Source of the DNA: Lama glama
Taxonomy: Eukaryota
Direction: 5' to 3'
Assembly: GCA_028534125.1 (NCBI GenBank)
Contig: CM052818.1
Location: 25,732,001-25,796,000, forward strand
Length of the DNA stretch: 64,000 nucleotides
The position numbers and the translations under genes were made by a program. The notes beneath the pieces are model-generated. The model did not search any database. It was not told where the DNA came from and saw only the letters and a program-made list of their open reading frames with translations. Numbering within the stretch: position 1 is the stretch's first letter; each line of letters opens with the position of its first letter. Of this stretch, positions 50,401 to 62,400 are shown piece by piece.

Positions 50401-53400
50401 TCAAATATTTGTTTTGTGTTATATTGATTCTTTGTAATGTTCTTCCTACTTTAGGTGTAAAATATTTCCTGTTTCAAGATAGCGAGCTGGCCTTTGCTAG
50501 GGAATGGGACCATGCTCCATCCTCCCCCACCCCCAATTTATAAAGTACTTCTGATGACCTAGAAGGATAAATGTATACAGTTTGGTTGTATTAAGGTTTC
50601 TTTGGTACCCTTGATCTTAAGAATAAATTCTCCTACTAAAATTCATCTATAAATTTTATTTGGCAAAGTACTTCCAGAAATGAGAGAGTTATTTCTGATT
50701 TTTTTCAGTCCATTTCTTAGGGAGAGAATAGAGATAAATACTGAACACCTTAAACCAAATTTCCTTAATAGAGTTTATGTTTGAATCAGTCCTTTGTGCC
50801 CAGAAAGCTAAAGCAGCACTTAATGGAGCAGATATATATGCTGGATGTTGCACACTAAAAATTGAATATGCACGGGTAAATATTTTTTTTGAACACTCGC
50901 CAAAGAAATTTTTACGCTTTGGATATACAATTTGAACTTACTTTCTTTTTAATCTTAACAGCCAACTCGTCTCAATGTTATTAGGAATGACAATGACAGT
51001 TGGGACTACACTAAACCATATTTGGGAAGACGAGGTAAGTATTCTATGCATTTTAGAATGTACTTACATCTGCTGACAAATTTTTACATGTGGTTAGATT
51101 CCTTTTTTCTATGAGCTAGTTCATTCAAATGAAAACCTTGCTGGTGAAGCTTTTGTTGCAAAAGGCCTTGTAATGCTGGAAAAGAACCTTGAACATTAGT
51201 GCCCCCTACTGGTATGTAATGAGTTATTTATATTTAGTTCAACAAGGAGCCCACACATACAGGCACGCCCGCAGTTCAAGGACTTGCATTTCTCCAAGCA
51301 GCTCTCTCTCTTTGGAGGAGAGGAAACTGATTCAGAATATTCCTTAAAAACTGCAGACTTGCACACTGCTTCTCCAAGGAAAGGACTTTTCCCCCAAGCT
51401 GGACGAGGCATTAAGAAGGATAGAGGACTCCAGCAGGCTGACTCTACACTTCATCATGCACAACATCGGCATCAGCAAAAAGCCCTCTGAAAAACTCAGA
51501 CTTGCAATTCACCTTGACTGCATACTGCATGCACCATCACCCCAAGTTTTTAAAGGAGGACACTTAACAGTACTTCAGACTTGCATGGGATGAATACCAT
51601 GATAGACTGTGCCCATTTATTCAAGTTGTATGTATATATTGGTTTGATTTCCCTTAAGGTTTCAGTTGTAGAATTTAAAACTTTTCATTAATGGATGCTA
51701 GATTTTATCTACAATGTTGTAAATCTTAATTCCCATTACTGTAACTGTTTGTAGCTTAGATTCAAATTGTTAATTGACAAATAACCAGGGCCACTTTATC
51801 TACAGGTCTCGGGAATTATAATGCTTAACCAATCCACACAGATATTAAAGATAAAAAGATTAGAAAGGTGCACACTTGCTGCACTTAAGTTTACTTTTTT
51901 TTGTTTTTTGTTTTCTCAATTGTGGACGTTGAGTAGAGTAACATAATAATGAAAAAGGTGCGTTATATGTAAAAGACGATTTTCTGTGTGGTTTGATTTT
52001 TGTAAAGTGGCTGTTTATAATTTGTCACTTTTTGTAACAATTTAAGGTTATCACTTATGTTAATTATGTAACTAGAAATTTTGATATTTCAGATGTAGGT
52101 GAAAGTAACATGTGTTCAAAGTAGAATATATTTCAACTTGATAGATCAGAAAATAAGAGCATTTCATTTGAGGTGCATTTTCACCTATAACTTATAAATG
52201 CTAGATTTCGTGAGCATAGGTTTGACTGACAAAATTGTTCAACTGACTGTGTGGCAATTCTGGAATATACAAATCAAAATGTGGATCTTGTAAAAACAAG
52301 GGGGCTGCAGTATTGGCTACATCTCAACTACAATATCAGTGTTTGAACCATGTGTTGGAAGAACTCACGAAGATGAGTATGTCTGTAGAAGTCAATAAAC
52401 TAGGAAAAAATTTTATGGCATTTAAAGTATCTTGTGGCAGTAGACTCCATAGTGCATGTACTCTTGCCAAAAGAAAAAAAATGAGACATTGCAGTGATCC
52501 TTTGCATGTTCAGATATTTAAGACTTTTGGTTGATTGGCCCCTTTAATTCTCAATTCTCAGGAAATCATCTTGCCTTATGCATGGGGTTGCAGAGAGGTT
52601 TGTTTGGTAAAGCAGGTTTGGTTGGACCCCACGTTTTTCACTACTCACAGAAGTCTGCTTGGCATAGGCTTGGTATAGTTGAATACACTGTTGGAATACA
52701 AAGCCTTAGTACTCAAACAACAGAACAAGTGGTTGATGAGAAATCTCTCACTTCTGTCAAATTACGGTTGGTTATTGAACATGCAGTTTTTTTTTTTTTA
52801 ACTCATTTGAAATAGTTTTGGTTCCATTTCTCTTTATGTCTCTTAAAACATTTATAGACATACTTCTTATTTTAATAGTGTTTACATCGATTCTTTCAAA
52901 AAGTCTAAAGTTTACACAAAACCAGTTTAGATTAGATTTTCATATAAGGAATTACAATCAGAAAAGTTTAGAAATATGTAAGGTAGATATTTAAATAGGG
53001 AAATATAATTAAAGGAGATAAAACAGAATTTCAGTTGCTTTTGAGAGAAAAGCTTTTGAGAGAAAAGAATTCTTGTTTTCTAATTTCTTACAGGTAAATA
53101 TTTGTCTCACAGGACTATAGCAGTTTGTTTTTATTTTTGTAGTGACTTCAGCTTCAAGTTGATATTGAATTGTAATTTTTTCTACCAAAAAGAAAAAGAG
53201 TGCTTTTGTAGACCTCATTTTTAAAAGTTCTTTTCAGCTCAAATTACATTCTAGTGCAAAGATTTCTTAGCCTGGACTCCAGAGAATCCCTCCAGAAATG
53301 TTAAGCAAACCTTGTGTATATGTGCATCTTGTGGGGGAGAAAAGGTCCACACTTCCAGCAGATTTCAGATGAATGCATGAAAAGGTTACAAACCACTATT

Positions 53401-56400
53401 TATAGACTGATATATTCAGTGTTTGACTCTCTCACACTTCTTATGTCACCTTATATTAGGTAGTGAATGCTTCCAATAAAAAGAATTATTAATAATTGAG
53501 AATGTTTGGGTGAGAGATACCTTGGAGATCATCTACTCTAACTCCTTTGTTTTATGAATGAAGATTGCTTCTATGATATATAACAAATTAGTAGTTAAGT
53601 TGAAATCTTATGATTCCCAATCCAGTGTTCTTTCCTTTATAGCACACAGTTAACTGTATCAATAAAACTAAGCCATGAAAATATTATGGTGGTTTTGGTT
53701 TAAGGTTCTTAGCTCAGATAAGGACTTAAATTTAGCATTTGGTGGCATGCTTAAGCAGAGGAATGTTAGCAGAATGGATTAACAGACTGGATTGATTGAA
53801 GAGGAGTGAGACTTAAATGATGATGCTGAAAGCCATGTAATGGAAAGACTGTTGAATGTTTAGACTGAAGATCAAGAAATGACTTTGGGGAAATGGAGGG
53901 AGGATCATAACTTCTAAGCATTCAGAAGGATCTTTGGAGAAAGACTGAGTAATGAGAAAGACTGTGAGGCTCTAAATGGAGTAGAATATATGTAAGAGGT
54001 TCAATTTCTGTACAATATAAAAATTAATTTTCTCATGATTTAAGACTAACTGAAAATGTAAGGGAAAGTAGTGAGTGTCTTATCGGTGTTGGGTAAGCAG
54101 AGGCTAGATGGTCCCAGTCGACAGTCCCAGGGAGAATGTAAAGATAATTTGTATACTCAGTGAAAGTTGAACTAGATGACCTCCTAGGTCCTTTTCAGTG
54201 CTGTGATAACTTGGAATAGGTAATTAAAATGATACTTCTGTAGACTGAAGTGAAAATTAAAGTATTTCTCATCTCCCATAAACCTCATTTGTTTAGGTGA
54301 CTAAGGATATATAGAGAAAGCCTTTCTCTTTGAATTTTCAAAGATTAGAATGACCAGACTCTTAAGATACATGAAAAAAGTCTTAGTGAACACTATAATT
54401 TGATCAACAAAGTTCCAAAAGTATTATACAATGATTTTTAAATTTACTAACATAGGAAGTGCTGTTTTAGAAACTTACAAGTAATTTTTTTTTTTATTGA
54501 TGTCTCAGTTTTGGGAAAATTGGCATGCCTTTCCTTAAAAAGTAGCTAGCATAAAAATTATCCTTTAGGAGTATTGTAGTACTCTCATCCAATAATGTAG
54601 CCCCCTTGGTTAGCGTTAACTTTGCATATTTAAACTTCGGGGGGTGCTCCTAGTCTTGGCTGGTATTAAGGTCTATAGACAATGACCAATCATGATACAA
54701 TATGGGCCAGTGATGTGCAAATTTCCAGCTCTCAAGTCACTAGGTGTTTGTAAATATGTGTATATACATACAAAATACTCTGTGTTTACTGATTGTGAAA
54801 CCATGTAATACAGGTTGTTGTTGGCTTATGCTGAACTTCTTGAAAGAAGCCCACTTTGAAAATGTGTTGCTGTTGAAGCTAATAGTATACATCAGGTACT
54901 GTCTTTCAAAAGTACTGCACTTAAAGCTTGTTTTAAAGACATGTATTGGTAAAAACTTCTGTACAGTGTCAAACTCTAGCATTGTGTACATTCACTTTCT
55001 GAAAAGTATCCATTCTTTCCTTAAATTTGAAAGTGTGACTGTATTTGGCATTTGCCAAAAAGACATTTTCAAGTTAAGTGGAATTTGTTAGATAGAATTA
55101 CTTTCTTAAACTTTTGTTGTTTGTATTTAAATTGGATATGAATGGATGTTTAACGTTAACCAGGAATCACATTTCTTTTATGAATTGTAATGGATGTTTT
55201 GAATGGGTGTTTCCCATGTGAGAACTCTGTTAAGTACTTGGGTCAAAATTGTTAAAACCATGTTTCTACTTTTGTGTCAGATAGAGGAAAGGGTCGCCAG
55301 AGACAAGCCATTTTGGGAGAACACCCTTCTTCGTTTAGACATGATGGCTATGGTAAGTTTGTCAAGGCAGAAGGAAGGTAGTATAGACAAACTTTTAGAA
55401 TTTTTGCATTTCTGATGAAGAATGGCACAATTCTTGTCTTTGTTTTTCCTGCTCACCTGACTTGGTTTATGGGATCAGTTCTTCATAAATGTACTCCAAA
55501 GGAGTTGTCTAAATTCCTTTGTCTTCTTATGCTATTGTTATAGCTCATAATCTTTGAGGTTCGAGAGCTATTCACTGGGATTGAAAGCTTTTTTCCCATT
55601 ATATTTTGTTTTGTTTTGATTTGTTGATTAGAGATATTTGATTAGTAATTAGTCTGTTAGAGGACCAAAAAGAAGTATAGATCATTAAGTGTATTTTCTC
55701 CCATTCTAGCGATTATGAGCAAAGAGGAATTTTGAATAATAAAGGCAGAGAGATTAGTGTTTTTGTTGAAAAGGAAACGTGTTTTTGGTTAGACCCTTAA
55801 TTCTTTAAGTTCTACAGTTGGTATTTCAGCTTTGCTTAAATTTGTATTTAATTCTTAAAAAAAAAAACAACTCAGTTTTAATGTTTGCTCTGTTGATAAG
55901 ATTATGAAACCTAGAATAATAATCTTTGCCAGAAAAGTTAGGTATCAGATTGTTGTCTTTGTAAGTAGATGTTGAGAATTGTTATTGCTAAAACTTTTAA
56001 CTGGATATAGGTTCTGTGGTTTTAAATATTTCTTAGTTTTTAGCAGTAGTTGTTGACCTCACCTATTCTGTGGTTTAAAATTAAAGTACAGTTAGAAGTA
56101 GTATTAAAAGTGGTAGAAAATAGAAATTGCTATTTGTACTCTGGGGATTTATTATCAAAAAAACCCCAGTGTTGCCTGTTGTCCAAAATGTTTTCATGTT
56201 GTATACATATTTGTTGACCATTTTTAGCTGTGAGTTTTAGCTTATTCCCTAGTGTTTTTATTTGAACTCCAGGAATTTATTACGTGTGTGTGTGTGTGTG
56301 TGTCTGTGTGTTTGTATTCATTCAAGTTTCTGTGGTAGTCTATATTGCAGAAGAGATTGAAACAATCTCTATGTTTTATCAGAACAATGTGGTATAGAAT

Positions 56401-59400
56401 GGTAATCTTACTACAGTCGTTTTAGTGTGTTCCTTGATCATTTTCCTTAGTTGTTTCTTTTACAGAGTAAATATTAAATGTGGTTGTATGAGTAGTTTTG
56501 ATCCTACAGTAAAGAAACACTTATTAGGAAACTACTGTGCTTTGTTTAATGGAGGGCTACAAAAGAATGACTGATTACAAGTTTGCAGTGTAGTTGTGGA
56601 GCATATAAATGTGTCATGACATCTTAAGGCTAAAAATTGGTTACATGTTCTGCCAAAGTGGGTTAGAGAAATCTGTGAAAGTGTAAGTGAAGGACGAAAA
56701 ACTCTGCTGTAGTAGTGTTGACACAGACAGTTTTCTCAGTATGGCTTTTCAGGTTTGTCTTTGCTTATAAGATAATTTTACTGAAAAATTGCATAAAGAA
56801 GAATATGTTATATGCCCTAGAGGAGCTTTATATTTTTAAAAAGTCTACTGTGAAGTTCTTTGTCACTTTCATGCTCTGATTTATTGAGTGTGTGTGTGTG
56901 TGTGTGTGTGTATAAATTTTTAAATGTAAGCTTACTTTAAGAGGTGCACAATTTTTTGTAATGACATTTATTAAATAGGGATCATTCAGGTTCTGGAGAC
57001 ACCTGCCAGGAGGAATGGTTGTGGTAAGGTGTAGGTGCGTCCGTTCTGAGCTACATCCATTGAAACATTTAACTCAAAAGAAAATTTGTTCTACTTTCCT
57101 AGGGAAGTAAGCAGAATAGGGTATAGGAGAGAGAGAGAGATGAATAAAGATTGGTAGAGGAAAGAAGTAAGATGAGGAAATTGGGGGAAAAGCAAAGACA
57201 GGAGTGGGTACTAATGATACGGAGCCTTTTTACAAATGCTGCAAATCACAGCTGTATCCTTTCAGTCAGCAGTTCAACAAAAACAGGTTTATTTGCATTT
57301 TGGTGTCATATAAGAGGTGACTTTTCCTTTATAATGGTATGTGAGAAGGAACAGAAAAGGTTTATTTAATAGATTGAATTTATTCATTAGTTTAATATAG
57401 CAGTATAAATCTTTGATTTCAGAATTCTTTAAATCTTTTAATTTGGGAAGCCCAGCCCTGTGAGAGGAACTGGTAGAAACCCTCATACTTGAAAAGTGGC
57501 AAAAAAGAATGTACAGATTGGTTTGCTTAGAGCCCAAGAAAAATTTATATATTAATTGCTGGCATTTTTGGATATGGTTCCTGGGCCAAAGATTTTAAAG
57601 TGTTAAAGATGGGAAATGCCTTCAAAATCTTCAAAATGCCATTTATGTAGTATTTTTCCATATAAGTAAGATTTTTTAAACTTGAAGCATTCATTTTTTA
57701 AGCACCAAAACTTTTTGCATGAAAATATAGAAAAGTATAGTATATAAAGCTTTTAAGAGACTTTTTTTTTCCTTATCTTCTTAACATAGGTGACAATTTA
57801 GGTAGTGTAAGTAACATAATTTAATCCTGATGGCTCAATATCATAATTACAAACATCAGGTATTCTTTTGCACTGAATTTGTTACCTATGGCAGTGGATC
57901 TCAGAGTTTTGGGACCTTGGTCTGCTTAAGCAGAGTGGAAACTTCCACTGCCCATCTTCCATACATTTTTCTATTTTCTGTGAGAAAATTTAGTGATAAT
58001 ACTGAAATGTCATACTGTATAACAAATGGTAGTGGTGGGGGTGAAGTATAACATGTATATATATTTTTGCTATAGAGGTAAGAATGATTGATATTTGACC
58101 TCAGTATATGTGTAATAGTCTAAATTGGAGGACAGTGTACTTACATTTGCCAACCAGTAACTCATCATGAGCTACGTTGATTGTTCTGATAAGCTACCAA
58201 TTACCAGCAATAAGAGCAGTTGAAAACCGTGACCAATTTAAGGCAACACTGATGGTGTGTTCATAAAGTATTCCTCCATAAAACTTCAGGAATTTACACC
58301 ATGTTGTATGTGCTCAGTGGTCGTGTTGCTGTGTTGTTATGAATGGCAGCCGTATTTAGGATACTGAATACCAAATTGGAGTCCCCATAAGCTGTAATGT
58401 GCTATGATACCAAAATATAATAGTTCTTAGTAACTCAATAGATGACAAGTGTTCCTTAGTCTTAGATAAAAATGAAAGTCAGTAGTATTACACATTTTGT
58501 ACTTCTTGAGAAATGAGGAAAGGACTTGAGATTTTGGATTGGTTTCTTGCACATCAGGAGAATTTGCAGTGTACCCCAGAGTATGTGTCTGTAATCACTG
58601 ACTCAGGAGCAGCTAAGATGTGTAGGTTTATATATTAGAGTTACACCTCTCCATCTTAATTGCTTCTTCTGGGTTTTTATGCCTCTCTTCTTGCTGCTGT
58701 AAGTGTGCCCCATGCATACTTTCAGTATCACAGTTTCTCTGGACTTCCTCATTCCTGTCTATTCCAATTCACTCTAGCTTTGTTTTTCTTGTTACTTCTA
58801 ATCTGTTATGGGTGGGAAAACTAAATAAATTAAAGTTGTTTAAAACTATTCCAGAGTTAGTAAGCTAATTCTTAATAAGAATTCTCAGTGTAAGATATAC
58901 AGATTTCTGTGACAACAGTTTTAGATACTTACGTGTTATTTTCTAGAGGGTTTTTGATGTTATTTCAAAAAATGGAGGTTGCTCAGTAATGACACCTCTG
59001 AGTAGCGGTGGGGGGTATTAACTAAATCTAAGGTTGTAGTTTCCTAAATTATAATTAGGAGAATAAAATACTAGCCTGAAATTACATTATAGTAAAATAT
59101 ATTTAAGGGGACAACTTTTCAGTGGAACTGAAGATGTTCTTTTTGTTATATCTGTATGAAGATAGTTTCCTAGATTTCATTGTAGATTTTATTGTATTAT
59201 CCTCTAAAAGATGTTGGCAGAAGTTTTTCTTTTTTTTTTAGGTATAATTTATATACAGTGGCCCAAAGTTTTGCACTGATTTCCCCCCTCCATATATGGC
59301 CTGGTCTTGTATACTTTTTTGTTAAACTATAATTTTTTAAAAATATGAACTTAAAGCCTGGTGTATGCAGGTGTGTGCAGGTCAACATATATTGGATCTG

Positions 59401-62400
59401 GTGCAAAATAAATATAGATTTTTGTTAATTTCCACAGGTTATATTTGAATATTCATTTGAGTTTTCCTTGGACATACCATCCACCTAGCTAATATTAAGG
59501 GTTTGTTTTATATGTGGTGAAGTGTATCTACTAAAGTTGTGTTGTGTTTTGTTGTCCCCTTTGTTTTTTTTAATAGGATCCCATGGTCCATTATTACCTT
59601 TACCAAGTCGTTACAGAATGGGCTCTCGAGATACACCTGAGCTTGTTGCATATCCATTACCGCAGGCTTCTTCCTCTTACATGCATGGAGGAAATCCCTC
59701 TGGTTCAGTTGTAATGGTTAGTGGATTACATCAACTGAAAATGAATTGTTCAAGAGTCTTCAACCTATTCTGCTTATATGGAAATATTGAAAAGGTAAGT
59801 TTCATTTTATATTAGCTTCTTTTGCTAGGATATGTAGTAGGAATATCTGAAAAGGCTGCAAATATATGTGTCTTCTCCTTGTATTTAGGAACACGCAAGT
59901 TCTTTCAGTGGTGATCCACATAAGCTAGAACTCCATTAGGTAGGAATTCTAGGAATTGTTTTTTGTTGGTAAGTGATCAGTATAGGTTGTTGGTACTAAA
60001 AATATTTTTTAAATTACTAATATAAAAAGAAGTCCAAAACGGTAAGTAGTTTAATCAGTCAGCATACTAGAGGCATAAACCATATTTTAAAAAATCATTT
60101 TAGAGAGATTCTAGCGTTCAACATGTTGAACTGTGGGGTTTTGAAAGAGCAGTTACTTTCATGGAGCCAGGTACACATAAATATGCCTCACAGTGTGGCC
60201 ACAGCCATGAATCTTAGGAGAGTTCTAGATTTACATACTTACCTCCTGAGTGCTGGAGTCCTGGTATCTTCTGAGGAACAACATGCTTTTAGCTCAGTCA
60301 GTATTTGTAACTGACCGACTTTGATAGAAGGTGTCCAGAACTTTTCTGTCTGGAGGCTTACACTCAAAAAGTGCTAAAACATTTCAGTTTTATATATTTT
60401 GAAGATCTTTAAAATTGTAACTTTATTTTCACTGGGTAGCTTTGTGGTTTTCCCTGGTCTGTGATTTTTGTTCATTGACATCTCACGAACACTTAGAATA
60501 GTCCCTGTCACAAAGTAGATTCTAAGCTGTTGTTGAAAGAATCGTGGAAAATTTAACTGGGGAAACAATTGGTAGGCTTATTACCAGTTTTTGATACATT
60601 CACTTATTTGAGTTTTGATATAGTTGTAATGTTTTTTTCCCCTGTTTTTTAAAGTGATTTTAGTGTGTTTTTCACAACAATAAAAAAGTACAAGTGTATG
60701 AGTCACAAGAGTGTGGGAGAGGGGAGTATGGAGTTGGTACTCTTAGTTCTTAGTTAATTAATTCTAAATGGATCTGAGACATTAATTCTCCTTGATCTGA
60801 GAGAGCAACTTGAAAATCTCTGAAAAAAGAATTTACTACTTGACCACATCTTTTTTAAAGGAAAAAAATTCCATATTTGGTTTAGGGGATAACATATGGG
60901 ATATTTCTGCTTATATAACTAACCAAGAATACATAGGGCAGATTCAGCAACATTGGGAAAAGTAATTCAGATTTTTTCACATAAATTTTTTAGACTTCTG
61001 GGTGTCTAGTTAAGGCCTAGAAACCACATACTTGACAACTAAATGGGCTTTAATTTATATTTTAACCTTTATGTAGTGTTACTTATCTGTTTGTGCTTTT
61101 CACGTTCGTAGACAACTGGAATCAGGCATTTTAATCAACATCTTTAGATTGTTGTCTTTTGTGTTATGAACTAAATTATCTCATTATTTAGAAACCCAAA
61201 TCACTTTTTCTAATAAAACTTAAGTTTTCTTTATATTATTTCAATAATTCTAGTCTCTCTCAATGCACATTTCAAAAAATTTTTACATTTTAAATGATAC
61301 AATATAATACATTAAACTCAAGCCATCATAATCCTTTAAATCTATATATAGTTAATTTTTTCTGATTTCTTTTGAAATGTACTAATATAAGAACTACATA
61401 TTTGACATATATATTTAGTCATTATTATATTTGTAGCATGTTATTGGATTAAATCAAGGGAGGGAAATTTTGCCCATAAGAAGACAGTTGATTTCCAGTA
61501 AAGCTGAAAAGTCCTGTTACAGCTGGGTTTGTTCAAGTACAGGTGTAGTATAAAAATGCTAGGATAGCTCATCCAAATTGATAGATATAAATGCTATGTT
61601 GCATTTGTTGCATAAATACATTCCCACTTTCCCTTTGATGTTAGCAAGTAAGAAAGAAGTATGTTCAAAGTGTCATGAATGTTAGTGGTACTTAATAACT
61701 GTTTAGGGACTTCCCAAGGGGTAGGCACTATGCTGTCATACTTTCTCCCACCTAACACTTACAGCATTATATACTAAAATTGGCATAGTATTTAAGAGGA
61801 TAAGTATGGCCTCTGTCAAAGATGTCATGAAAATTTGTGAAGTATTGCCTGTTTTTGGAGGGGTGGGAGATGAGGTTTATTTACTTCGATTTTTAGTGGT
61901 GGTACTCAGGATTGAACCCAGGATCTCATGCATGCTAGACATGCACTCTACCACTGAGCTATACCCTCCTGCCTAGTATTACCTATTTAATAAGCTGCCC
62001 CTGCCTAGTGCAAACTTTCCTACTGGCAATGCTATCTCAAGGCCATCTTGTATTATTTCTTATATGGTATCTTGCTTATTGCTTTTAGAGTGTTTATTGT
62101 TTAAACACTCTGAATAGTTGTTAATTATTATTTACTTTAAAATTTCAAACCTACCTACTAGAGTATAAGCTTCAAGAAGACCATGTCTATTATGCTTGCC
62201 ATTAAATCCCCAGTACCTGGCACAGTGCATAATTATTAAAACATATTAGACACTTAATAAATATTGAATGAATAAATATTGATAAGTCCTGCCAAATGTT
62301 ATCATGTCCATTTTATAGGGAAGACTGTGGCTCAGAGGACTGAAGTAAAATGCCCCAAATCACACAATTAATAAATGACAGTCAGCATAAGCCTGTGCTC

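Noticed and set aside
54744..55091. 115-aa ORF as a stand-alone gene
   Set aside because: No ATG start (GTG); its core is explained by the exon 6A frame extended into flanking intron
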